Shown here: positions 38,914-47,224 of the stretch, in pieces
Position numbering within the stretch: the stretch's first letter is position 1
How the letters are laid out: each line of letters begins with the position of its first letter
DNA from: Clostridium sp.
Lineage (GTDB): Bacteria; Bacillota; Clostridia; Clostridiales; Clostridiaceae
Length of the DNA: 50,876 bases
NCBI RefSeq assembly: GCF_016650095.1
Contig: NZ_JAENWL010000001.1
Coordinates: 1-50,876 of the forward strand
Direction: 5' to 3'
Made by a program: the position numbers and the translations under genes
Notes under the pieces: model-generated
What the model was told of the DNA's origin: nothing
The model's input: the letters and a program-made list of their open reading frames with translations, nothing else
Database searches by the model: none

Positions 38914-39855
38914 ATGGCTAAAACAAACAAGCAAAAGATTATTGACTTATGTGGCGAAATCACAAAGTCAGAAGGAAAAGGATCGGTTTTTACAATTGAT
39001 AGCGAAAATGCGAATTTAAAGATTAAAAGATGGTCAACAGGAATTGAAGATTTAGACCACATTTTAGGTGGCGGAATGCCTGAAGGAAGAGTTGTTGAAA
39101 TTTTTGGACCAGAAGGATCTGGAAAAACTACAATGCTTTATCATTTATGTGGACTTCATTCTTTGTGTCTAGACATTCCAATTGAAGGAACTTTTGATGC
39201 TCAAAGAGCCGCTGTATTTGGGAATAAACCAAAACAAATGTTAGTTTACAGAGCTAACTTTGGAGAAGATGCAATGAACAGAGCAATTCAGTTTGCTCGT
39301 GCTGGAATTCCAATGATTGGGATTGACTCAGTTCCAAGCTTAATTCCTAGAGATGATGTAGAAAAAGTTTTAAAGTCAGCAAATAAAAATACAGTTGAGG
39401 AGCAAAGAATTGGAGGAACTGCTAGACTGTTAAATAAGTATTTGCCTCCAATTGAAGGAATAATGGAGGTATCTGGAACTACACTGATCTTCACAAATCA
39501 AGTCCGAGATAAAATGAATGCAATGATGTTTGGTGAAAAAACTGATACTCCTGGTGGGAGAAGATTAAAGCATAGTTGCTCAATCAGACTCCAAGTTGCA
39601 CGAAGAGCTTGGATAAAAATACCGAATAAAGACCCATATAATTCAGCTAAAGAGGAAACAATTGGTTTCGTAATGAAGTGTAAAGTTGTTAAATCTAAAA
39701 TCTGTAATCCATTAGGAGAATGTGAAGTCCCATGTATATTTGATAGAGGTTTTGTAAGTTTCGATGATGTTAAAAAGATCAGAAAAGAATTGATGGATGC
39801 TAGAGCTAAAGAATATGGAAAACGTGTTTCAAAAGATGATAATTGGGATGAATAA
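38914..39855 (+). CDS. recA: RecA-like recombinase
   Basis: STG…LDHILGGGMPEGRVVEIFGPEGSGKTT; IDSV; FTNQVR; TPGG. Confidence 0.93.
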   Translation: MAKTNKQKIIDLCGEITKSEGKGSVFTIDSENANLKIKRWSTGIEDLDHILGGGMPEGRVVEIFGPEGSGKTTMLYHLCGLHSLCLDIPIEGTFDAQRAAVFGNKPKQMLVYRANFGEDAMNRAIQFARAGIPMIGIDSVPSLIPRDDVEKVLKSANKNTVEEQRIGGTARLLNKYLPPIEGIMEVSGTTLIFTNQVRDKMNAMMFGEKTDTPGGRRLKHSCSIRLQVARRAWIKIPNKDPYNSAKEETIGFVMKCKVVKSKICNPLGECEVPCIFDRGFVSFDDVKKIRKELMDARAKEYGKRVSKDDNWDE

Positions 39856-39919
39856 TATATCATTTAGTTTAGGATTATTAGTAGTTGTTATTTTTGTATT
39901 TGACGTATATATATTTATT
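39848..39919 (+). CDS. Possible 23-aa membrane peptide
   Basis: MNNISFSLGLLVVVIFVFDVYIY overlapping recA stop; weak RBS. Confidence 0.3.
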
Positions 39920-39945
39920 AAAATAAAGAAGGAGATAAAAGAAAA

Positions 39946-40182
39946 ATGGAAAACAAAAAAGTAAATGTCGATGGAGTCGTATTATTTGTAGTTAGAGGTG
40001 GAAAGTTATATCCAACTTTAATCCCAGCAAAAGTTGCAAGATTTTGGTCAGATAAAGTAATGGCCGTATCAAAAATGTTTGGGATGAAAGTGATTGATGT
40101 TCCAATCATGAGCTTGGATAGAGTTAATGAAATATTAAAGAAGCAAGAAAAGATTGAGGGTAAAAAAGATGGCAAGGATTAG
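39946..40182 (+). CDS. Hypothetical protein
   Basis: ORF with AAGGAG. Confidence 0.7.
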   Translation: MENKKVNVDGVVLFVVRGGKLYPTLIPAKVARFWSDKVMAVSKMFGMKVIDVPIMSLDRVNEILKKQEKIEGKKDGKD

Positions 40183-40630
40183 CAAAGATAATTATTATTT
40201 AGGAATAGCTTTAGCAGTCAGTAAAAGATCGACTTGCTTAAAAAGGCATTATGGATGTGTAATCGTTAATCATGATGAAATTGTAGCTACCGGATATAAT
40301 GGAAGCCCAAGAGGTGAAAGTAATTGTTGTGATATTGGAATTTGTAAACGAGAAGACTCAGAGAGATATTCAAATTATACTGAATGTAGATCTGTTCATG
40401 CGGAACAAAATGCATTAATTTCTGCAAGCAGAAAAGAAGTTTATGGTGGCACAGCTTATTTGGCTTGTGAATCATTTAATCAAACTTCTCAGGATCCATG
40501 GGACAAATACTATTTCACTAAGTGGTTAGTAGATGACAAGCCAGTTCCTTGTCCAATATGTGAGCGAATGTTACGAAATGCTGGCATAAAGAGAGTTGTA
40601 AATAGTAATGGAGAAACGATATGGGAATAG
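40154..40630 (+). CDS. dCMP deaminase
   Basis: RSTC, GYNGSPRG, HAEQNA, PCPIC. Confidence 0.92.
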   Translation: MRVKKMARISKDNYYLGIALAVSKRSTCLKRHYGCVIVNHDEIVATGYNGSPRGESNCCDIGICKREDSERYSNYTECRSVHAEQNALISASRKEVYGGTAYLACESFNQTSQDPWDKYYFTKWLVDDKPVPCPICERMLRNAGIKRVVNSNGETIWE

Positions 40631-41451
40631 TAGCAGAGATTAAAGCAAATGCAAAAAAATCAAATGCAAAAATTCAATCATCTGAAGCTGATAAATTTGA
40701 GAAATTATTGAACAGAACATTTTTTATGGATAAGAATATTGAGGAAGAAACAAAGTTCGTAAATATGGTAATGACGAGAGGCTTAGAGACTCAAGAGCGT
40801 AAAGGTTTACATGCTTCAGCAATGATTTGCCCTGAGCCACAATGGTGTACTCGTCAGCAAGTTTTAAGTTTGGTTTATAAAATGTCTCAAGGTGAGGATA
40901 TTCCAGTTGGTTTAATGAGAATATTTGAAGAAGGAAATGCTATTCATGAGAAGTGGCAAAGACTGTTTATTCGTGGAGGATATGGAGTTGCTAAAACGAT
41001 GGATAGAACTAGAATGAATAAAGAATATATGATTTCATATTCACCTGATATTATCTGTAAAATACCTGAATTATTTGGAGATGAACCAATAGTTGGTGAG
41101 GTAAAATCAGTTAACACATTTAGTTTTAAAAAGATGACAAGTCATGCTTCGGGACATAAACAATTACAGTTCTATTTATATTTAACTGGATATAAAAAAG
41201 GGTTTGTATTATGTGATGATAAAAATTGTCAAGAGTTTAAATTGTATATATATGATTATGAACCAGAAACAGTTGCTCCATTTATTGATAGATGCGAAGA
41301 TGTGAAATATCATTATGAGAAATTTATTGATGAAGGGATCTTAATAGATCGCTGTGATAATTGTGATTCTGCAAATTGTAAAAAAGCTAAAAATTGTGGA
41401 ATGAGAAATGCATGTTGGGACATTGGTTTTGGAAAGATTAAATTGAGTTAA
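40621..41451 (+). CDS. PD-(D/E)xK exonuclease, Cas4/RecB-like
   Basis: HAS…C.R, GNAIHE, SPD…GEVKS, QLQFY, C-terminal Cys cluster. Confidence 0.8.
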   Translation: MGIVAEIKANAKKSNAKIQSSEADKFEKLLNRTFFMDKNIEEETKFVNMVMTRGLETQERKGLHASAMICPEPQWCTRQQVLSLVYKMSQGEDIPVGLMRIFEEGNAIHEKWQRLFIRGGYGVAKTMDRTRMNKEYMISYSPDIICKIPELFGDEPIVGEVKSVNTFSFKKMTSHASGHKQLQFYLYLTGYKKGFVLCDDKNCQEFKLYIYDYEPETVAPFIDRCEDVKYHYEKFIDEGILIDRCDNCDSANCKKAKNCGMRNACWDIGFGKIKLS

Positions 41452-41458
41452 TTTTAAG

Positions 41459-41490
41459 ATAAGGTCAATTCAAAACTGATCTTATTTTTT
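41459..41490 (+). terminator. Probable terminator
   Basis: ataaggtca…tgatcttattttt. Confidence 0.55.
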
Positions 41491-41509
41491 AGTTAAAGAA
41501 ATAAAACAA

Positions 41510-41603
41510 AAAGAATTTACAATAACTGTTTACATCCTCCAGAAATTGGTGTATTATATAAATGTAATAGAAACATGCAACAACTAAAAAAGTCTTGGAG
41601 GAC
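41510..41603 (+). promoter_or_regulatory. Conserved promoter (P9) plus hairpin RBS
   Basis: TTTACA 41529, TATTAT 41552, GTC-TTGGAG-GAC 41592. Confidence 0.8.
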
Positions 41604-41609
41604 AAACAC

Positions 41610-41963
41610 ATGAAAACAAATTTAATTAGAAATGAAAAATCAAAAAGTTATATCACAACAGAATTTGAAAGTTTAAAACCTTATCAATACAACATTACAT
41701 TTTATTATGATATCGAAGAAGAAAAAGCATTCACAATTGAAGGTTCATTAGGAGAAATTAATATTCGCTCAACAAATGAATTTGTACCAAATATTAGCTG
41801 GAACAAATATGATAGAGAATTCCAAATTCAAACTACAGCTTATGGTTCTGGAAATATTGAATTTATTAAAAAAATAATCGCTGGTTTTGAAGAAGCAACT
41901 GAAGCAGTTGAAGTATTAAATGACTTAGTATTAGCTCACTCATTTATAACAATTAAGAAATAA
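41610..41963 (+). CDS. Hypothetical protein
   Basis: ATG 41610 after hairpin RBS; terminator-like agaggga…tccctct follows. Confidence 0.8.
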   Translation: MKTNLIRNEKSKSYITTEFESLKPYQYNITFYYDIEEEKAFTIEGSLGEINIRSTNEFVPNISWNKYDREFQIQTTAYGSGNIEFIKKIIAGFEEATEAVEVLNDLVLAHSFITIKK

Positions 41964-42030
41964 AAAACAATTTAGAGGGATTAACTTCCCTCTTCAATTT
42001 TAAAAAAATAGAAAAAAAGAGGAAAACAAA

Positions 42031-42723
42031 ATGGGATTAAAAGCAAGCAAACAAGATTTAGCAATTAGAGAAACAATTGACAAAATCAAAGCAGATTTAC
42101 AGAATGAAAAAAATGATATGGAAAGACGTTTTGCAAGTGGAGAGATTAATGCAGAAAATGCTGCAAAAACCATCTTCGAAAAAGCAAAATTATTAAGCCT
42201 GCATTATGGTTTTAATTTAGTTGACTTTGCACTAACAGAATTAAGTCAAGAAGAAGAAAAAGAGATCGCAATAATTGAAAAAATAAAAGCTGATAAAACT
42301 TTAGCTGACTACAATCGAAGCAAAACTGTTCAAGTAATGACTGAAATGGCACAAGTTCCAAAAGTACCAAACATGCAAAAAAACGAGATTCCCAGGGATA
42401 CAAATGCTGTTGTAGTTGATGATATAGATGTTGATAATATCGCCATTAATCTTGCTGCTGAAGCTAAGCCTATTGCCGATGCCGCTGCCAGTGTTGCCAG
42501 ATTTGAAGAAATTGCTGCAACAATCACTACAGTTATAGCCAAAGCTAATGAAGGTAAAATGTGTAAAGATCGTGTTGATGAGTTATTAAAAGCTGAAGCT
42601 GAGAATGTAGTTTTAAAAGCTCAAGTTAAAGTTATGAGATTAATCAATGACTCATATAAAGAAAAAGTTAATCTGATCGAAGAGCAACTTGAAAAGATGA
42701 TTTATCATATTAATAACGATTAA
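42031..42723 (+). CDS. Hypothetical coiled-coil protein
   Basis: ORF, GAGG RBS. Confidence 0.75.
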   Translation: MGLKASKQDLAIRETIDKIKADLQNEKNDMERRFASGEINAENAAKTIFEKAKLLSLHYGFNLVDFALTELSQEEEKEIAIIEKIKADKTLADYNRSKTVQVMTEMAQVPKVPNMQKNEIPRDTNAVVVDDIDVDNIAINLAAEAKPIADAAASVARFEEIAATITTVIAKANEGKMCKDRVDELLKAEAENVVLKAQVKVMRLINDSYKEKVNLIEEQLEKMIYHINND

Positions 42724-42874
42724 GCACTCTGATCTTCTAAATATTATTAGTGTCACTAGATGTGATTGTAGTAAATATCATATCCATAGCTGTATATTAT
42801 CATATGTATTAACTTAATGTTAGCCATTGTCATCCTCGTGTATCATAAATTAAATATAAAAGGAGAATTATAAA

Positions 42875-43282
42875 ATGAAAAAATCAAATAAAGGTTTTAA
42901 AATAGAAGTTGGAATGTATGTAAGAACAATTGATTCTGATCAGTATCCATGTAAAATAGATTATGTTGACGGATGGACTGAAGATGAACCATGGTTTCAC
43001 TTGGAATCAGAACAACATAATTGTATCACTAATGCTGAGGTGATTGCTGAAGCTGGTTGGAATTTAGCTGAAGTTGTCCATATTGGCGATCAAGTAAATG
43101 GGCTAGAAGTCACTGATATTGCCATGAATTATATATATGTTAATACACCAATTATCGATGTCGATAACCGTATAATTCGCAATCGTCATGCATTACTTCC
43201 TGGTGATGTAAAAGACATTATAACTGGTGAGATGCTACAACGTAAAAAGTTCACATTATCTCATGGTAAAAAAAGTTGTTAA
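42875..43282 (+). CDS. Hypothetical protein
   Basis: IEVGMYVRT…GD.VNG..V recurrent phage motif; AAGGAG RBS. Confidence 0.75.
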   Translation: MKKSNKGFKIEVGMYVRTIDSDQYPCKIDYVDGWTEDEPWFHLESEQHNCITNAEVIAEAGWNLAEVVHIGDQVNGLEVTDIAMNYIYVNTPIIDVDNRIIRNRHALLPGDVKDIITGEMLQRKKFTLSHGKKSC

Positions 43283-43287
43283 TCACA

Positions 43288-43383
43288 ATGTTAGTAATTG
43301 GAGTTGTTGTTGGCTTCATATTTGGAATTATATTTTGGCATTGGTTTCTAAGCACAACAAATCGACTTAACAGAAAGAGGTGA
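43288..43383 (+). CDS. Possible 31-aa membrane peptide
   Basis: MLVIGVVVGFIFGIIFWHWFLSTTNRLNRKR fills gap between ORFs. Confidence 0.4.
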   Translation: MLVIGVVVGFIFGIIFWHWFLSTTNRLNRKR

Positions 43384-43592
43384 ATAAAATGAAAAGGAAG
43401 CATAAAGCAACTATCAGATCAGATAAGGAAGCTCAACATATTATCGATCTTAGAAATAAAGGTTATTCTGTAATTGAAATTGCTGAACGTAAGCATGTAA
43501 CTAGGCAAGCAATCTATCGCTACATTTGGCGTCATGAACGTAAATTAAAAGAGCAAGAACTAGCTGAGCAAGCAAATGAATCAAGAAGTTAA
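43380..43592 (+). CDS. Small helix-turn-helix DNA-binding protein
   Basis: LRNKGYSVIEIAERKHVTRQAIYRY. Confidence 0.8.
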   Translation: MNKMKRKHKATIRSDKEAQHIIDLRNKGYSVIEIAERKHVTRQAIYRYIWRHERKLKEQELAEQANESRS

Positions 43593-43662
43593 AATAAAGC
43601 TCCTAATGAATAGTAAGTTATCTCATGGAGCTTTTAATTTAATTGATGATGGAATACATTAG

Positions 43663-44385
43663 ATGAGTCGAATATGTCCCTTAACTCATTCTCATGTCCT
43701 TTACTTAGATTGCTTAGAATGTGATGAGAGATCAGCTTGTCGGAAAGGTAAATTAAATATGAAGCATAAAAATAAGATTGTAATTGGAATTGACCAATCA
43801 TATAAAGACACTGGTATTTCAGTAGTCCATAATAATAAATTAAGAATTATCACGAATATTCGACTTGATGCATTTGATAATAATTCAGAACGTCGAATTG
43901 CTCTACGCAAACGCTTAATCAAAGTTTTTACCAAAATAAAGTTGACAGCTTCAAAGCTTCCTAATTGTGAGGTAATAGTTATTATTGAAAGAATACGCTT
44001 GCAATCATCTGGCTTTATAAATATAGATTATATTAAATCAATGGGTGCTATCAATGCCCTAATTGTAGACACTGCTGCTGAGTTTGAGATTAATGTCTAT
44101 TCAGTAGACACACGTGCTTGGAAGTGCCAAACTGTAGGTCACAGTAAGCCTGAATCTAACCCATTTGGATTGGATCCTAAGAAATGGCCAACTATTAAAT
44201 TTATTATTGCTAAAGGTTATGAGGACAGCCTTTTAGATGAAGTATCTCATCGCAAAAAGAAAGGAGTAGTTAAAGAAGTTGTTGGGGTAAAATATACGTA
44301 TAATGACAATAAAGCTGATTCGGCTTGTATTGCTCTATATGGTTTTATACATGAGACTAAGCAAAACTTGGTTTTGGAACATTAA
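43663..44385 (+). CDS. RuvC-like nuclease/Holliday junction resolvase with Cys-rich N-terminus
   Basis: IVIGIDQS…TG, VIIER, WK, DNKADSACIA. Confidence 0.75.
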   Translation: MSRICPLTHSHVLYLDCLECDERSACRKGKLNMKHKNKIVIGIDQSYKDTGISVVHNNKLRIITNIRLDAFDNNSERRIALRKRLIKVFTKIKLTASKLPNCEVIVIIERIRLQSSGFINIDYIKSMGAINALIVDTAAEFEINVYSVDTRAWKCQTVGHSKPESNPFGLDPKKWPTIKFIIAKGYEDSLLDEVSHRKKKGVVKEVVGVKYTYNDNKADSACIALYGFIHETKQNLVLEH

Positions 44386-44409
44386 TTAATTATAAGGAGA
44401 TAATATATT

Positions 44410-44604
44410 ATGGATATTCATGGAAATATAAGCTGTTGTAAGGGTTGCCTAGATCGATTTGTAGGCTGTCATGCTAATTGTGAAATATATATCAAAGAAA
44501 AGAAAGCTCATGATGAAATTGTAGAAGGCAAACAAGCTAGAAAGAAAACTTTTATTGATTTTGAATTGAGTAAGTTTAGATTTCGTAAACGTTATGAGAA
44601 ATAA
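44410..44604 (+). CDS. Small Cys-rich protein
   Basis: CKGC.DR.VGCH.NC..Y; AAGGAG RBS. Confidence 0.75.
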   Translation: MDIHGNISCCKGCLDRFVGCHANCEIYIKEKKAHDEIVEGKQARKKTFIDFELSKFRFRKRYEK

Positions 44605-44746
44605 TAGCTGATCTGCTATTTTGTGATGTGCATTGGGCTTCTGAGGATTATTAATCACAAAGCAATATAGACAATCATCAATGCCATCGCTGCTCCTAGA
44701 TTAACATTTTATTCTTTTACCTAAAATTAGTAATTTGTTGTGATTT

Positions 44747-44779
44747 GCTGTTTACAAATCAATGTAGATAATATATAAT
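44747..44779 (+). promoter_or_regulatory. Conserved promoter (P10) without nearby ORF
   Basis: gCTG-TTTACA 44751, 17 nt, TATAAT 44774. Confidence 0.65.
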
Positions 44780-44814
44780 ATCTATAACAATTGAGGAACA
44801 ACACAACTCAATAC

Positions 44815-44863
44815 AACTAATATATAACAACTAATATAACTAATATAACTAATATAACTTAAT
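44815..44863 (+). repeat. AT-rich 9-mer repeats (AACTAATAT x4 plus degenerate copy)
   Basis: Copies at 44815, 44829, 44838, 44847. Confidence 0.85.
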
Positions 44864-44927
44864 AAAAACTATTATACTTGTTGTGGTAAAAGAATATAAT
44901 ATATATAGATTAATATATAGAGTAAAT

Positions 44928-45080
44928 GGTCCAGCCTCAAGTGAAGCTGGTATGCAATTAAATAATTAGCAACTGTCCAGCCCCAAGAGAGGCTGGTTCA
45001 CAGTTATTCAGCTTCTAGCTGTCCAGCCCCCGCTGAAGCTGGTACAATTAAAAAGGTCCAGCCCCAAGAGAGGCTGGTAC
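44928..45080 (+). repeat. Cluster of 4 CCAGC-N10-GCTGG units (locus 6)
   Basis: loops ctcaagtgaa, cccaagagag, ccccgctgaa, cccaagagag. Confidence 0.92.
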
Positions 45081-45112
45081 AATTAAAATAAAAAATAAAA
45101 GGAGAATAAACT

Positions 45113-45613
45113 ATGGGAAGCAATAATCAGAAACGAACATTTAAATTTTATCGGAAGAATGAAATTGAAGTAATGGAGTCTCTTGGAATGAAGGGAACTA
45201 TTAATTCTGGAAGTGGTTGGATTGAAAAGGAAGATGGCCAAAATGATTTTGTGATCTGCCAATTAAAATCAACAGATGCAACATCTATAAAAATTAGCCA
45301 AAAAGATATTCGAATTTTGGAGTACAATGCAAGAGTTACTCATAAAGTACCAATGTTTGCAATTCAATTCTTAAATGTAGATGAGACGTTCATCATAATG
45401 AAGCCGAGTGATATCGAAGCTATTAATGAATATATAAATACAGGTGGAATTGAAAACATTGACATGGGATTAGATTTATCATCTGAAGATTCAACTTCAG
45501 TGACAGTAACAAAGAAAATTGGTGGAGCCTCAAGTAGTAGAAGCAAATTCTATTCTGAGAAAAATAAAAAGTTTGATAAAACCACAAAGGCAAATGGAGA
45601 TCTATTTAAATAA
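45113..45613 (+). CDS. PD-(D/E)xK-like nuclease (Hjc-like), variant
   Basis: E…SGSG..EKEDG…ICQLKST (Q in place of the usual E). Confidence 0.55.
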   Translation: MGSNNQKRTFKFYRKNEIEVMESLGMKGTINSGSGWIEKEDGQNDFVICQLKSTDATSIKISQKDIRILEYNARVTHKVPMFAIQFLNVDETFIIMKPSDIEAINEYINTGGIENIDMGLDLSSEDSTSVTVTKKIGGASSSRSKFYSEKNKKFDKTTKANGDLFK

Positions 45614-45636
45614 AACTTAAAAGGAGGAAAATTAAA

Positions 45637-46020
45637 ATGGAGAAAATTAAAGTAAAAGAATTAGTAAGGTATGGTGGCCACAATATTCGCGCAAATGGAA
45701 CGATTGACTTAACTCTAAAATGTAACTATTCAGAATTGCCTAACAGCATGTTATTGTTACAAATGTTAAATAATGATGTTGAGCTTGGATGCAAAATAGT
45801 TGAGGTAAAACCATTTAAATTAGGAACATTCAGAATTAAAGAAATAAAATTTGACCATGATGGAGAATCAGTGTTGAAATTTACAAGCTTAACTGATTAT
45901 GTTGAAATTGATAAATTGAACTGGTTAATTCAAAAAGAAGAATTTACGATCCAATTTAAAGCAGAAGTTGAAATTGAAACTGATGAAACTGATGAAAATG
46001 ATGAAATAGTTGTAAAATAG
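45637..46020 (+). CDS. Hypothetical protein
   Basis: ORF, AGGAGG RBS, acidic tail. Confidence 0.75.
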   Translation: MEKIKVKELVRYGGHNIRANGTIDLTLKCNYSELPNSMLLLQMLNNDVELGCKIVEVKPFKLGTFRIKEIKFDHDGESVLKFTSLTDYVEIDKLNWLIQKEEFTIQFKAEVEIETDETDENDEIVVK

Positions 46021-46027
46021 TAAAGTA

Positions 46028-46060
46028 ACTGTTTACATATACTAAAAAATGATGTATAAT
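46028..46060 (+). promoter_or_regulatory. Conserved promoter (P11)
   Basis: TTTACA 46032, TATAAT 46055. Confidence 0.8.
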
Positions 46061-46138
46061 TTAATTAGTTAAAAGAGACGTTGACTATTGAAAATGTCTA
46101 GAAGGACAAAGTTAAAATTAGAAGGGAAAAATAAAAAC

Positions 46139-46357
46139 ATGTTCTTTAAAAAATTAGCGGAAATAGAATTAGAAGATAATAAAAATTTAGTTATCAGTGA
46201 AACTGAAACTGGTTTTACAATAGCTCAAAAAGTTGTGTATATGGCAAATGACCAACCAAAAGAATTATTCTTAAAAGGAGCAATCCATATAAATTCAACT
46301 GAAAAAATTATTGAATTACGAGATGCTTTAAATGAAGCAATCGAATTAATAACTTAA
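46139..46357 (+). CDS. Hypothetical protein (possibly PC4-like)
   Basis: Likely ATG 46139 (track starts 46088); small beta-sheet plus helix pattern. Confidence 0.6.
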   Translation: MFFKKLAEIELEDNKNLVISETETGFTIAQKVVYMANDQPKELFLKGAIHINSTEKIIELRDALNEAIELIT

Positions 46358-46435
46358 ATCAGGAGTTACTCTTATCCATAAAAAATCAAGAGTTAATATA
46401 TTTTAAGCAAAAACCTAAAAGGAGGAAAAATTAAA

Positions 46436-47005
46436 ATGGCAAAAAATTGGACAATGACCGAAGCAACACAAGCAATAATCGAAAACTCAGATACAGAAGC
46501 ACTATTGGACTTAGGGAGACGATTCCCACTTACTTCACTAGCATTAGCTAGAATGGGTAGAAATGTAGGAGCTGAAATGATTATCAACGCACTTCCAGAG
46601 CATGTAACTGTAAGAAAAATTGAAGCAGTTCTTAAATCTGGTGTAGATGCAAATAGTTCTGAATCTGATGATGATGAAGATGATGAAGAAGCTGTAGCTG
46701 AAGCTCCAAAAGTCGAAGCAAAAGCTGAAAAACCAGCCAAAAAAGAAAAACCAGCAAAAGCTGCTAAGCCTGCAAAAACAGCTAAAGCCGCAGTTAAAGT
46801 AGCTGAAGAAGATGAAGAAGATTTAGGTACATATGCTGGTGACACTGCTCAAGTTTTATATAAAGAGTGCAAAAAACGTGGCATCAAAGTTAAAACAAAA
46901 CAAGTAGCTAAATTCTATGCAGATTTATTAATTGCAGATGATGCTAAAACTGCTGTAGAACCTGCAGAAGAAGCTGAAGCTGATGAAGACGAATGGGATA
47001 TTTAA
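46436..47005 (+). CDS. Acidic/Lys-Ala-Pro-rich protein with HeH-like domain (histone-like candidate)
   Basis: KPAKKEKPAKAAKPAK; TAQVLYKECKKRGIKV…FYADLL. Confidence 0.75.
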   Translation: MAKNWTMTEATQAIIENSDTEALLDLGRRFPLTSLALARMGRNVGAEMIINALPEHVTVRKIEAVLKSGVDANSSESDDDEDDEEAVAEAPKVEAKAEKPAKKEKPAKAAKPAKTAKAAVKVAEEDEEDLGTYAGDTAQVLYKECKKRGIKVKTKQVAKFYADLLIADDAKTAVEPAEEAEADEDEWDI

Positions 47006-47161
47006 AAAATAATATCTAACTAAAATGAATAAATTTAAGAGGTGACACTGGCGGAGGTAAAATACCACTGGAATAACTCTTAATTTTATAAAGATAAAGC
47101 TGGAATTAATACTAGTGGAGGTAACAACATTCCCAGAGAGAGTTCCAGCTTTATTCATATT

Positions 47162-47189
47162 AAAAAGGTCCAGCTCCAAGTGAGGCTGG
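47162..47189 (+). repeat. Single CCAGC-N10-GCTGG unit (locus 7)
   Basis: aaaaaggtccagctccaagtgaggctgg; core is the exact reverse complement of the locus 2 core. Confidence 0.95.
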
Positions 47190-47224
47190 CACAATAAAAT
47201 AAAAATTAAAAGGAGAAAATTAAG

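Noticed and set aside
47094-47154. Twister ribozyme
   Set aside because: TAATACT…AGTGGAGG is reminiscent, but there is no room for the P4/L4 element and its pseudoknots
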